A stretch of 64,000 nt of DNA from Candidatus Micrarchaeota archaeon. Lineage in GTDB: Archaea; Micrarchaeota; Micrarchaeia; Anstonellales; Bilamarchaeaceae. A model generated the notes under the pieces. The model was not told the origin of the DNA. It saw nothing but the letters and a program-made list of their open reading frames with translations, and made no database searches. Both the position numbers and the translations under genes were made by a program. Below, one piece after another: positions 36,136-45,604 of the stretch. Numbering within the stretch: the stretch's first letter is position 1; each line of letters begins with the position of its first letter. Location of the stretch: positions 41,316-105,315 of the forward strand of contig WJIU01000024.1 of NCBI GenBank assembly GCA_014730115.1, given 5' to 3'.

Positions 36136-36266
36136 TGCTTCACCATATCAATATGACTAAAGATGTTCTACTGTGTATTTATTTACGCCCGAAGACAATA
36201 TAAATGTATGTCTGAAAATGGATAATTGTGTTCCAATAAGATACCGCTAATCTTTAAAGCATCAGG

Positions 36267-37688
36267 ATGTCAGTGGAGATAATGGCTGGAAGAAAAAGGA
36301 GCATCTGGCCCTTTGCTGCTGCCGCAGCAGTGCTGCTGGCCCTTGCAGCATATTATGTAGTCTGGTCGTCAGGGTATTTCGCAACCGAAACCTCCCTGGA
36401 AATCTTCCCGGAAACAGAAGATGGCGGCATTGAGATAGCAATACAGGCAGAAAACAAAGACGGCAGGGGCCTGCAGGGCGCCCTTGTCCATATCTATGCC
36501 GAAGACAGGCTTGTGGACTCCCTGTACACTGACACCAACGGCCGGGCATTAACAGAGACCGGTATCCTTCCCGGCTGGTACGGCTCGGGGGTTTCCTTCA
36601 GTGCGGAATACCGGGGAGATGAAAACCACCTTCCCTCATCAGCTGCTGCAACCGCAATCGTAATGGATTCCCCCTCTCTATCCATTGGCATTGCAAACAG
36701 CACCACTGTCGGCGAAAGGCTTTCTGCAAAGGTACGCCTGGAGGGAATAGAGGGGGCTGAGGTGTTTTTCCGGGGAATGCATAACAACACTGATGAGAAC
36801 GGAACCGCGCATTTTGCCCTGGCTTTCAATTCCACCGGTATGAAGCAGGTAAACGCCGAATTCCGGGGCAACCGGTATCTCCATCCTGCCAGGGCAACTG
36901 CCTGGCTGGAGGTGCTTCCGGAGACATGCAGCGACCAGACGGTGGTGGGGGAATGCTCGGGCTCCTGCCTGTGCACCCGGGACCAGGAGCTGGAATTCAA
37001 CTGCGCCGAATGCGGCTGCCCTTCCGGGCTCCTGTGCATTGAAAACGAATGCATAACAGAGGAGCAGAGGGTGCAGAAACTGATCAAAAGGCTGCAGGAG
37101 AGCGACGTATTCGTGGAAAGCGACCGCGGCAGCGGCTCAGGGGTAATCATTGAGGCCGGGGAGAACCAGAGCATCATACTCACCAACCGCCACGTGGTTG
37201 ACCCTGATTTCAGCAGCCAGTCCGCGCCAAACATCCAGATTTTCAACTCAGACAGGGAGGTTGCAAAGCCAAAGTCCATACTCCTGGCCCCGAACGGCAT
37301 TGACCTTGCATTAATATACATTGGCAAATACCTGGGCCCGGAGGCAGAAGCCGGCTACAACCAGAGCATTGAGAGGGGGGCAGGGGTGCTTGCAATCGGT
37401 TCCCCACTTGGAATACAGGACAGTGTGACCATGGGCATTGTCTCTAATTTCTATGATGCAGAAACAGAGGAAGGCTTTGAGTACCAGGCAATCCAGGTTG
37501 ATGCAGCAGTCAATCCCGGCAACAGCGGAGGCGGACTGTTCCTGTCAAGCAACGGAAAACTGGTCGCCATTACAACTTTCAAGCTGGTCATCAGCCAGGT
37601 GGAGCTGGCCGAAGGCCTTGGCTTTGCCATCCCGCTGAGCCTGGTAGATGATTACCCTATAGGAGAATGGACAGTCATAGCTCCCTGA
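36267..37688 (+). CDS. Secreted trypsin-like (S1/HtrA-type) serine protease with N-terminal Ig-like and Cys-rich regions
   Basis: Catalytic triad residues are His in TNRHVVD, Asp in IDLALIY and Ser in GNSGGGLF. An N-terminal TM/signal, a CxC-rich stretch and a coiled linker precede the protease domain. Confidence 0.75.
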   Translation: MSVEIMAGRKRSIWPFAAAAAVLLALAAYYVVWSSGYFATETSLEIFPETEDGGIEIAIQAENKDGRGLQGALVHIYAEDRLVDSLYTDTNGRALTETGILPGWYGSGVSFSAEYRGDENHLPSSAAATAIVMDSPSLSIGIANSTTVGERLSAKVRLEGIEGAEVFFRGMHNNTDENGTAHFALAFNSTGMKQVNAEFRGNRYLHPARATAWLEVLPETCSDQTVVGECSGSCLCTRDQELEFNCAECGCPSGLLCIENECITEEQRVQKLIKRLQESDVFVESDRGSGSGVIIEAGENQSIILTNRHVVDPDFSSQSAPNIQIFNSDREVAKPKSILLAPNGIDLALIYIGKYLGPEAEAGYNQSIERGAGVLAIGSPLGIQDSVTMGIVSNFYDAETEEGFEYQAIQVDAAVNPGNSGGGLFLSSNGKLVAITTFKLVISQVELAEGLGFAIPLSLVDDYPIGEWTVIAP

Positions 37689-37728
37689 TATTTTATAAAT
37701 ACGTGTTGACATTTCAAGATAAATTCTG

Positions 37729-39912
37729 GTGATTGCAATGAAGATATTGATAACTTCAGCACTGCCTTATGTGAACAATATCCCCCATCTGGGAAACATC
37801 ATAGGCTGCGTGCTTTCCGCGGATGTGTTTGCAAGGTACTGCCGCTCCAGGGGTCATGAATGCATATACGTATGCGGAACTGATGAATATGGAACAGCAA
37901 CCGAGATAAAGGCAATGGAAGAGAACATCTCTCCGCAGGAAGTGTGTGACAAATATTATGATATTCACAAGGACATATACGAATGGTTTGATATTGACTT
38001 TGACATCTTTGGCAGGACCTCCACCGACAGGCACCGGGAGATAACCCAGGAAATCTTCCTTGACTTGCATGAAAACGGCTATATAAGCGAGGAAATGGTA
38101 GAGCAGTTCTACGACCAGGAAGCAGACCTGTTCCTGGCCGACCGCTATGTGGAGGGCACCTGCCCCTACTGCAATTACGAAGGAGCAAGGTCGGACCAGT
38201 GCGACAAATGCGGCAGGCTGCTCCACCACAGCGAGCTTAAAGACCCGGTAAGCAAGGTCAGCGGGACCAGGCCAGTGCTCAGGAAGACCAAGCACCTTTT
38301 CATTGACCTTCCCAAGATAGAGGGAAAACTCCGGGAGTGGATAGAAAAGGCTTCCCGGGAGGGATTCTGGTCCGAGAATTCAGTCAACATAGCAAAGTCC
38401 TGGCTGAAAGAAGGGCTTAGGAAAAGGGACATAACCAGGGACCTCAGATGGGGCATCCCAGTACCGGTGGACGGATACCGGGACAAGGTTTTTTACGTCT
38501 GGTTTGAAGCCCCGATAGGATATATATCAATTACCGCAAACCTTACCGAAAAATGGAAGGAATGGTGGATGAACCCGGACGAAATAAAGCTTTTCCAGTT
38601 CATGGGAAAGGACAACGTACCATTCCACACCGTGATGTTTCCTTCCACCCTCCTGGGCACAGGACAGCCATGGACTATGCTCCACCACATAAACACCACC
38701 GAGTATCTTAACTATGAAAGCGGCAAATTCTCAAAATCAAGGCATGTGGGTGTCTTTGGGGATGACGCAATGAAATCAGGCATACCCAGCGATGTCTGGA
38801 GGTATTATCTTCTGGTGAACCGTCCCGAGCATGCAGACACCAAATTCACCTGGGATGATTTTGCAGACAAAACCAACAACGAGCTTCTGGCCAATCTGGG
38901 CAACCTGGTAAACCGCACCCTGGTATTCATAGAAAAGTATTTCGGGGGAAAGATGCCTGCAGGTGAAATCCCGGAGGAAATGAAGGATTACGTTGGTTTA
39001 CAGGAGAAAAAGGTCCGGGAAATCACTTCCCATCTGGACAGAGTGGAGCTGAAAGACGCATTGCATGAAATCATGGCGTACTCCAAAAATGCCAACAAAT
39101 TCTTCCAGGACAACAAGCCCTGGGAACTGATAAAGAGCGACAAGGAAAAAGCAGGCGTAGTTCTTGGGATACTCACCAATCAGGTCAAGGACCTGGCCAT
39201 AATGACCGAACCTTACCTGCCTGAAACAAGTTCCAGAATCTTCCGGCAGCTTGCAACCGAGCCGGAAGGTTGGGAAAACCTGGGGAAACCGCTTCCTGAA
39301 GGCCACCGGATAGGTTCCCCTGAGCCCCTGTTCAGAAAGATTGAAGAGAAACAGCTGGACGAGTTCAGAAAGAAATTTGCAGGCGAACGGAAAGACGGTT
39401 TCAGGTTCTCCGACCTTGACCTGGAAGTCGGGGAAATCATAAGTGTGGAAAAGCACCCCGACGCTGACAAGCTGTTTATTGAAAAAATAAGGCTCGGAGA
39501 CGGGGAGAGGCAGATTGTGTCCGGGCTTGCCGGCCACTATTTCCCGGAAAACCTTGTAGGAAGAAAAGTTGTTATTGTAAAGAACCTTGCCGGGGCCAAG
39601 CTCCGCGGGGCTGAATCAGAAGGCATGCTGCTTGCCGCAGAGGGCAGAGAAAGAGAGCCGATGCACGACGGCAGCGCCGCGATGGAGAAGGACATGGTTG
39701 AAGTAATCTTTCCCACGGAAAGCAGGGTCGGCGACAAGGTTTTCCTGAAAGGAGAGAAGCCCAGCCCAAAAAAGACAGTCACATTCAAGGAGTTTGAAAC
39801 ACTGAAAATAGAGGTTCTGGACTACTACCTGTTTGCCGACGGAAAATCACTGGTAACGGAAAGTGGGGAAGAGCTGAAAATGAAGCATATAAAGAAAGGA
39901 AGGGTAACCTGA
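37729..39912 (+). CDS. metG: Methionyl-tRNA synthetase with C-terminal tRNA-binding (Trbp111/EMAP-like) domain
   Basis: HIGH region PYVNNIPHLGNIIG, Zn knuckle CPYC...CDKC, KMSKS as KFSKS. The C-terminal ~110 aa OB-fold (HPDADKLFIEKIRLGDGE...) completes the 727 aa. Confidence 0.9.
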   Translation: MIAMKILITSALPYVNNIPHLGNIIGCVLSADVFARYCRSRGHECIYVCGTDEYGTATEIKAMEENISPQEVCDKYYDIHKDIYEWFDIDFDIFGRTSTDRHREITQEIFLDLHENGYISEEMVEQFYDQEADLFLADRYVEGTCPYCNYEGARSDQCDKCGRLLHHSELKDPVSKVSGTRPVLRKTKHLFIDLPKIEGKLREWIEKASREGFWSENSVNIAKSWLKEGLRKRDITRDLRWGIPVPVDGYRDKVFYVWFEAPIGYISITANLTEKWKEWWMNPDEIKLFQFMGKDNVPFHTVMFPSTLLGTGQPWTMLHHINTTEYLNYESGKFSKSRHVGVFGDDAMKSGIPSDVWRYYLLVNRPEHADTKFTWDDFADKTNNELLANLGNLVNRTLVFIEKYFGGKMPAGEIPEEMKDYVGLQEKKVREITSHLDRVELKDALHEIMAYSKNANKFFQDNKPWELIKSDKEKAGVVLGILTNQVKDLAIMTEPYLPETSSRIFRQLATEPEGWENLGKPLPEGHRIGSPEPLFRKIEEKQLDEFRKKFAGERKDGFRFSDLDLEVGEIISVEKHPDADKLFIEKIRLGDGERQIVSGLAGHYFPENLVGRKVVIVKNLAGAKLRGAESEGMLLAAEGREREPMHDGSAAMEKDMVEVIFPTESRVGDKVFLKGEKPSPKKTVTFKEFETLKIEVLDYYLFADGKSLVTESGEELKMKHIKKGRVT

Positions 39913-40296
39913 TTATTTTACCAGAACGCCGTTCACCAAACCGTCCTGGCCAACCCGGTTGGTAACCCGGACCTTGCCGATGTCGGTTTCAAGAACAGCC
40001 CCCTTGGTTATTATGTTTCTTCTGACATAGTCGGGGTTGTGGCTTTCAACAACCTTCTGGATTTTTGCCTTCTTTGCCCCTTCCTCTGTCACCACGCTGG
40101 CAGTGGCTGCCTTTTTGAGCTTCAGGTCGGTTTTTCCGCCCCTGCTGCGGTCTTTCACCCGCTCATCCTCATCTGCAACCCTAGTGGCAGTGAAGGTGCC
40201 GCCCACATGGGCAAGCTTCTTGTCCCTGTACTTGCGCCGCCTTCCCCCGGTACCGGAGTTGACTTTCTTGGATTTCGGCCTGTGATATTGGTCCAT
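39913..40296 (-). CDS. rps8e: Ribosomal protein S8e
   Basis: 127 aa. NSGTGGRRRKYRDKK and the C-terminal GQDGLVNGVLV fit the S8e family. Confidence 0.75.
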   Translation of the reverse strand: MDQYHRPKSKKVNSGTGGRRRKYRDKKLAHVGGTFTATRVADEDERVKDRSRGGKTDLKLKKAATASVVTEEGAKKAKIQKVVESHNPDYVRRNIITKGAVLETDIGKVRVTNRVGQDGLVNGVLVK

Positions 40297-40353
40297 AGCA
40301 TAACCTCGTAAGTATTAGGAAAAGAAATATAACGACACGGCTTTTAAAATATT

Positions 40354-40734
40354 ATGATTATCGTGAAGGTCCTGGAAATCGGCCCCGGCCCCGCTGCAGC
40401 ACGGCTGCTGGGGGGCATCAGGGAGGAAAATGCAGTTGTCCTGAACCCGCATGCAGTGGGTTCCTGCGAGGAGCTGGAGCTGGCCAATTACCTTGCTGAA
40501 AAATCTTTTGAAAATGGCAGGAACATTGCAAATAAATTCAAGTATGAGTTCCTGCTCTGGCTTTCCGGAACAAGGGACATCAAAAATGCCATAAAGAAAA
40601 CCAAGCCGGAAAAAAACAGGCCTTTCCTGCTGGTGGCCTTTTCAGGAATGGAGGGCATTAAAGGCAGGAAACCGAATCTGAAAAAAGAGGCTGAGCCGCT
40701 GGCCCTGGAAAGGATTTCGCTTTCCAGGCTTTAG
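40354..40734 (+). CDS. cgi121: KEOPS complex subunit Cgi121
   Basis: 126 aa. EFLLWLSGTRDIKNAIKK matches the conserved Cgi121 region. Confidence 0.6.
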   Translation: MIIVKVLEIGPGPAAARLLGGIREENAVVLNPHAVGSCEELELANYLAEKSFENGRNIANKFKYEFLLWLSGTRDIKNAIKKTKPEKNRPFLLVAFSGMEGIKGRKPNLKKEAEPLALERISLSRL

Positions 40735-42284
40735 AGCTCAAGCTGCTTTGCTATCATTTCCTTGTTCACCGGAAGCTCTATCCCCAGCACCTGGTGGATG
40801 AACGCAAACATGTCAATAATTTCGGAGCGGTCCCTGGTTATCTTGTCTGCCATCTGTTTGATGGTGAGGTCCCGGCCAATCAGCTCGTAGAGCATCAGGC
40901 CCTCTTTTCCATACCTCTTGTAAACTGCATACCCGTCATCCCCGTATTTCTTGTGCACGTCTGAGCGGGACAGCGCCTTCATGATTACCATCCCGTTCTG
41001 CATCATGAATTTCAGTATATCCATTACCTCGTAAAGCGGCATGTCCAGCTCCAGGGAAATGTCAATTACATCGCTCTGGCCATCCACCTCCCTAATCACT
41101 TTGCTGCCCTTGTCTCCAAGCTTGAACATCATCTTTGCTTTCAGCTGGACTGATTTCACAATGTCAAGCGGGGCCTTCACCGGAGCGGCCAGCGGAGAGG
41201 GAACTGCCCTTGCCTCCTCCAGGGACTCCTCGCTTTCAATCATGGGGGCGAATCCGCCCCTTGCCTTTTTCTTGGCAGAGGGCGGCGGACGGCGCGGGGG
41301 AGGCGGCCTCCTTCCCCTTCTCCTGGTGGTCGGGCCACCTGCAAAAGGTGGCGGGGGAGGCGGAGGGGGTGCGCGGCCCTTCCCTTTTGGATAATCAAGC
41401 TTTATTATTCCCTGCTCGTCCATGAAGTCAAGGATTTCCACGAGCTTGGCCTCGGTAAGGCCGGTTTCGCCCATAATCTCCTCTGCGGTTCTCTGTCCGT
41501 CTATAAGCGCGTAAACCTTCAGCCCAAGGTCTCCGTATTTGTCTGATATTATCTTTTCCACCGGGCTGAGCTCAGGCCCCTCCGGCGGAGGGGGGGGCGG
41601 TTTTCTTGCAACAGGCTCCAGGGGAGGCGGCTTCTTGAAAGAAGGCGGCTTCTTTTCTTCTGGTTTTTCCTTTTCGGGGGGCGGGGCTTCCTCTTCAGGG
41701 CCTTCCACCTCCTCAAATTCAATGGGCTCAAATTCCGGCTCTTCCCCAGGTTCTTCCTCCGGCTTTTCAGGTTCTTTTTCGGGCTTTTCCTCGGGCTCCT
41801 CGAACCCTTCTACCCCTATCGGCTCTATGGGCTCGAATTCAATCTCCTCCTCCAGGGGAGGCACTTCCTCTGCCTCTTCCTCGGGAAGCTCTTCTAGTGT
41901 AGGGATTTCCCTTTCTTCCTCAGGGAATGCCTCAGGCGGAGGCGGGGCGGGCTTCTTTTCAGGAAGGCCTTCGGGCTTTTCCGGGGCTTTCTTTTCCCCG
42001 GGTTCCTTTGGAGGCTTTTCCTCCTCGGGCTTTTTGGACACCGGAGTGAGCTCAACCATGCCGGCGTCCTGCATGTAATTGATTATCTCATCAAACATCT
42101 TGGATTCTGTTCCAAGGTCCTTTTTCAGCTCGGCAGTAGTCCTTTTGCCGGTAATCGCCCTGTATATCTGAAGCCCTATTTCCCCGTATTTCTTAATCAG
42201 AAGGTTCTGGTTTTTGAATCTCTGAAGAGGGCCCTTTTCGAGTTTTTTGATTTTATAGTCTGAACCCTTTGCCATTAGCACCAC
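40731..42284 (-). CDS. Protein with four tandem ~50-aa winged-helix-like domains separated by Pro/Glu-rich linkers
   Basis: Four repeats share the pattern Y-G-x-x-G-x-x-V/I-Y-x-x-I-x-G-x-x-T-x-x-E-I...Q-G-I/M-V. They are KKYGEIGLQIYRAITGKRTTAEL..., DKYGDLGLKVYALIDGQRTAEEI..., KFMMQNGMVIM and KKYGDDGYAVYKRYGKEGLMLYELIGRDLTIKQ.... The linkers read PEEEKPPKEPGEKKAPEKPE... and PPPPPPPFAGG. Confidence 0.6.
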   Translation of the reverse strand: MVLMAKGSDYKIKKLEKGPLQRFKNQNLLIKKYGEIGLQIYRAITGKRTTAELKKDLGTESKMFDEIINYMQDAGMVELTPVSKKPEEEKPPKEPGEKKAPEKPEGLPEKKPAPPPPEAFPEEEREIPTLEELPEEEAEEVPPLEEEIEFEPIEPIGVEGFEEPEEKPEKEPEKPEEEPGEEPEFEPIEFEEVEGPEEEAPPPEKEKPEEKKPPSFKKPPPLEPVARKPPPPPPEGPELSPVEKIISDKYGDLGLKVYALIDGQRTAEEIMGETGLTEAKLVEILDFMDEQGIIKLDYPKGKGRAPPPPPPPPFAGGPTTRRRGRRPPPPRRPPPSAKKKARGGFAPMIESEESLEEARAVPSPLAAPVKAPLDIVKSVQLKAKMMFKLGDKGSKVIREVDGQSDVIDISLELDMPLYEVMDILKFMMQNGMVIMKALSRSDVHKKYGDDGYAVYKRYGKEGLMLYELIGRDLTIKQMADKITRDRSEIIDMFAFIHQVLGIELPVNKEMIAKQLEL

Positions 42285-42343
42285 ACTTAGCTAGGTAGAA
42301 TATCATCAAAATGTTTATTAAAATACGTAATTTATACTAGCGT

Positions 42344-44041
42344 ATGGAGTTCGACGAGCTACTCATCACCACAGGTGTTGATGCTCTGGTACGGCTTGTA
42401 AAGGAAAGGGAAAGAGTAGAGATAGAGGACGCTGCCGCAATCCTTAACATTCCTGTAAATACCCTTGAAGACTGGTCAAGAGTGCTGGAGGAGGAGGGCA
42501 TCCTCAGGATTGAATACCGGCTTACCCATATCTACTTGGTCTGGATCAAGCCAAGTGCAGTGGAAGTAAAGGAAGAAACAGAGTCATTCTACGAGGAAAA
42601 GAAAGACATACAGAAAGAGGTGCGGGAAATCAAGGAAAAGGTCCAGAAAGAGACCGAGGGCCTCCATGAACTCCATGAGTCATTTACCGGATTTTATGAC
42701 AAGGCATATTCAAGGATAGAGGAACTGGAAAAGACCGTTGCCCCTATTCCCGCCGCAAAAACGCTTTCCGAAGGAATGTATTCAGACTACCAGAAGGACC
42801 TGGAGAAGATGAGCGGTGAGCTTGCAGCCACAAAGAAAGGGATAACGAAAATCAGGTCCCAGATTGATGAGCTGGGAATAGAAAGGGAAACCAGCCCCAG
42901 CCAGGAAATCATTGAGCGCATGGAGAAAATGAAATCAGAAATGCAGGAGATGCAGCAAGAAATCCAGAGGCTGGAAAAAACTGCCAAAGGCAAGTATCCC
43001 AAGGATGTGAAGCTGCCTTCCACTTCTGAAATCAAAAAGAAATTTGAATCAGTGAAGAAAAACTTCCAGCAGCTGCGCTCCCGAAATGCAAAGCTGAGGG
43101 AGGGCATGCTGAGCCTTCAGGAAAGCTCCGAGATTCTGCACGATGTTGCAGAATCCATAATGGGACAGGAGGAAAAAATTGAAAACCTGAACAACGAGGT
43201 CAGGGAGCTGGCCGGTGAAACAGACAAGCTTTTCAAGAAGATGAAGGAAACGGACGAAAAGGCCAAGCGCAACGTGGAGATTGTGGAACGGCTGGGGGAC
43301 TCCGTAGACGTGGCAAAGAACATTCTGAAAAAATTCCCGAGCCAGAAGAAGGTGGTGCAGGAACTGGACCAGCTTAAGGCCCAGGAGCAGGAAGTGATGG
43401 CGCAGACAAAATCGCTTGAGAAAATCCTGGAGGCCGCCGGGGGAAAGCGGATATCCGCCAAGAAGTTTGAGGAGCTTTCCAAGAAGATGGACACCAAGTC
43501 AAAAAAGATGAGCCAGGACCTGGAAGCCCTGGAATCCGCGCTTAGGCATGAAAAATCCACATACCTCACATTCCAGAGAATCAAGGAAAAGATTGTGCCT
43601 TCGATAGAATCATACCAGAAAAAGCTTTCTGAAATGGAATCAAAGATAACCACAATCCGGCAGGAGGCTTCAAGCGAAAGAAAGAACCTGGAAAAGGATG
43701 CCAAGGAGCTTCAGCAAAAGCTGAAAGGCGGGCAGATGCAGGGCATCATGAAGGTTGCAGAGGAAATCAGGGAAAAGAAGAAAATGCTCGAAGAGATACG
43801 CTCCTCCCTCAACAGCCTTGTTTCTGCCTCGGAGAACCTGCACAAGAGGGTTACACTCCTTTCCCGGGAAGCCAGGCTGCTCCAGATAAGGGCCGGAGAG
43901 AAGACCGCCCCGCCGATTGCTCCGGAAAAGGAGGAGGAAATCAGGCACCAGCTGGAGCTGAGCAAGGAAGAGGAGGAGGAATTCCGCAGAAAGAGGGAGG
44001 AGCTCAAAAAGCTGATAAAGAGGCTCTGGGAAACCCAATAA
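42344..44041 (+). CDS. Winged-helix + long coiled-coil protein (565 aa)
   Basis: The N-terminal 70 aa resemble the wH repeat of the divergent gene (TTGVDALVRLVKERERVEIEDAAAILNIPVNTLEDWSRVLEEEGILRIEY). About 480 aa of K/E-rich heptad-repeat coiled coil follow. It is the first gene of the operon. Confidence 0.6.
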   Translation: MEFDELLITTGVDALVRLVKERERVEIEDAAAILNIPVNTLEDWSRVLEEEGILRIEYRLTHIYLVWIKPSAVEVKEETESFYEEKKDIQKEVREIKEKVQKETEGLHELHESFTGFYDKAYSRIEELEKTVAPIPAAKTLSEGMYSDYQKDLEKMSGELAATKKGITKIRSQIDELGIERETSPSQEIIERMEKMKSEMQEMQQEIQRLEKTAKGKYPKDVKLPSTSEIKKKFESVKKNFQQLRSRNAKLREGMLSLQESSEILHDVAESIMGQEEKIENLNNEVRELAGETDKLFKKMKETDEKAKRNVEIVERLGDSVDVAKNILKKFPSQKKVVQELDQLKAQEQEVMAQTKSLEKILEAAGGKRISAKKFEELSKKMDTKSKKMSQDLEALESALRHEKSTYLTFQRIKEKIVPSIESYQKKLSEMESKITTIRQEASSERKNLEKDAKELQQKLKGGQMQGIMKVAEEIREKKKMLEEIRSSLNSLVSASENLHKRVTLLSREARLLQIRAGEKTAPPIAPEKEEEIRHQLELSKEEEEEFRRKREELKKLIKRLWETQ

Positions 44042-44059
44042 TATTAATGGTGATACTGT

Positions 44060-45601
44060 ATGGCAAAAGGAAATGAAAAAGAGAAAGGCGTGAAGGAAAA
44101 GGTTCCTGCAAAGACATCCCTGCTTGCCGCTTACGCATTCAGCAGCGAAGGCCTGCCGGTCGAAGTCCGGATTTTCCGCAGGCCTGCCGATTTCGTGCCC
44201 AAATACGAGGTTACAATTCCGGGCATTGCAGAAGGAACCAAGCTGATGCTTGAAACAAAGCTGAAAGGAGAGCTGGTCACTGAAGTAAAGCTGGACATCA
44301 GCGAGATACTGGACCCCAAGAAATTCTCAGAAGTGAAATCAAAGTTCCTGGCAGCAGCCAGGAAAATCCTGGAGCGCAATTTTCCCTCGCTCCCCGACGA
44401 CAAGAAAGGCATTCTTGCCGTATACCTGCTGCAGAAGACTCTTGGGCTGGGAGAAATGGAGGCATTGCTTGCAGATGACAAGCTGGAAGAAGTCGTGGTC
44501 AACAACGCCCAGGAGCCGGTCTGGGTATATCACAAGAAATTCGGATGGTGCAAGACCAACCTTAAGCTGAAGAACGAGGGAATAGTCTATGATTACGCAT
44601 CCCTGATTGCAAGAAGGGTGGGCCGCCAGATAAATGTGCTCAACCCCACCCTTGATGCACACCTGCCCAGCGGGGACCGTGTCAACGCAACCCTTTTCCC
44701 GATTTCCGCCTTTGGAAACACCATAACCATCAGGAAATTCTCCAGAAATCCATGGACCATTACCAGGTTCATCAAGTCCAAGACAGTATCACCGGATGTT
44801 GCCGCCCTTATATGGCTCTGCATTCAGAACGAGCTTTCACTTCTGGTGAGCGGTGGAACCGGAAGCGGCAAGACATCTTTCCTCAATGCAATGGCCGCGC
44901 TAATTCCGGCCAACCAGAGAATAGTTACTATAGAAGACACCAGGGAGCTCACCCTTCCCTCATTCCTGCACTGGGTGCCCACCGTAGTAAGGGAGCCGAA
45001 CCCGGAGGGAAAGGGAGAGGTCACCATGCTGGACCTGATGATTAATGCCCTTAGGCAGAGGCCGGACCGGATTATCGTCGGTGAGATAAGAAGGCAGAGG
45101 GAGGCAGAGGTGATGTTCGAGGCCATGCACACCGGCCACAGCGTCTATGCAACCCTTCATGCCGATGATGCAGCGCAGACAATTTCCCGGCTTACCAATC
45201 CCCCGATTAATGTGCCGCATGAGATGCTTGATGCTCTCTCCGGCATTGTTGTAACGTTCCGGCACCGCAGGTTCAATATCCGGAGGGTGCTGGAGTTTGC
45301 GGAAATGACCCGAAAAGGCGAACCCAACGTATTGTACAGATGGGACGTAAAGAACGACAAGGTAAAGGGAACCGGGAAAATGTCCACCCTTGCCGATACC
45401 CTTTCCCTTTATGCCGGAATGACCCCCAAGGAGATAGACCAGGATGTAGATGAAAAAGTCAAGATACTGAACTGGATGGTCGATAAAGGCTATTACGAGG
45501 TGGACCAGGTGGGAAGGATAATCTCCAATTACTACCTGGACCCTGCGGCTGTGCTTTCCGCGGCCCAGAAGAACAAGGACTGGGATTTCAAGAAGGTGTG
45601 A
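44060..45601 (+). CDS. Type IV filament / secretion ATPase (VirB11/GspE/FlaI family)
   Basis: Walker A LVSGGTGSGKTSFLNAMAALIP, Asp/His boxes, TIEDTRELTLP, Walker B RPDRIIVGEIR. 513 aa. Confidence 0.85.
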   Translation: MAKGNEKEKGVKEKVPAKTSLLAAYAFSSEGLPVEVRIFRRPADFVPKYEVTIPGIAEGTKLMLETKLKGELVTEVKLDISEILDPKKFSEVKSKFLAAARKILERNFPSLPDDKKGILAVYLLQKTLGLGEMEALLADDKLEEVVVNNAQEPVWVYHKKFGWCKTNLKLKNEGIVYDYASLIARRVGRQINVLNPTLDAHLPSGDRVNATLFPISAFGNTITIRKFSRNPWTITRFIKSKTVSPDVAALIWLCIQNELSLLVSGGTGSGKTSFLNAMAALIPANQRIVTIEDTRELTLPSFLHWVPTVVREPNPEGKGEVTMLDLMINALRQRPDRIIVGEIRRQREAEVMFEAMHTGHSVYATLHADDAAQTISRLTNPPINVPHEMLDALSGIVVTFRHRRFNIRRVLEFAEMTRKGEPNVLYRWDVKNDKVKGTGKMSTLADTLSLYAGMTPKEIDQDVDEKVKILNWMVDKGYYEVDQVGRIISNYYLDPAAVLSAAQKNKDWDFKKV

Positions 45602-45604
45602 TAA

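Noticed and set aside
41041-42078. Gly/Ser-rich + strand ORFs (117, 96, 179 aa) inside the PE-rich gene
   Set aside because: These are complementary-strand translations of GAA/GAG/CCN-rich linkers. The minus-strand wH-repeat protein is the coherent reading.
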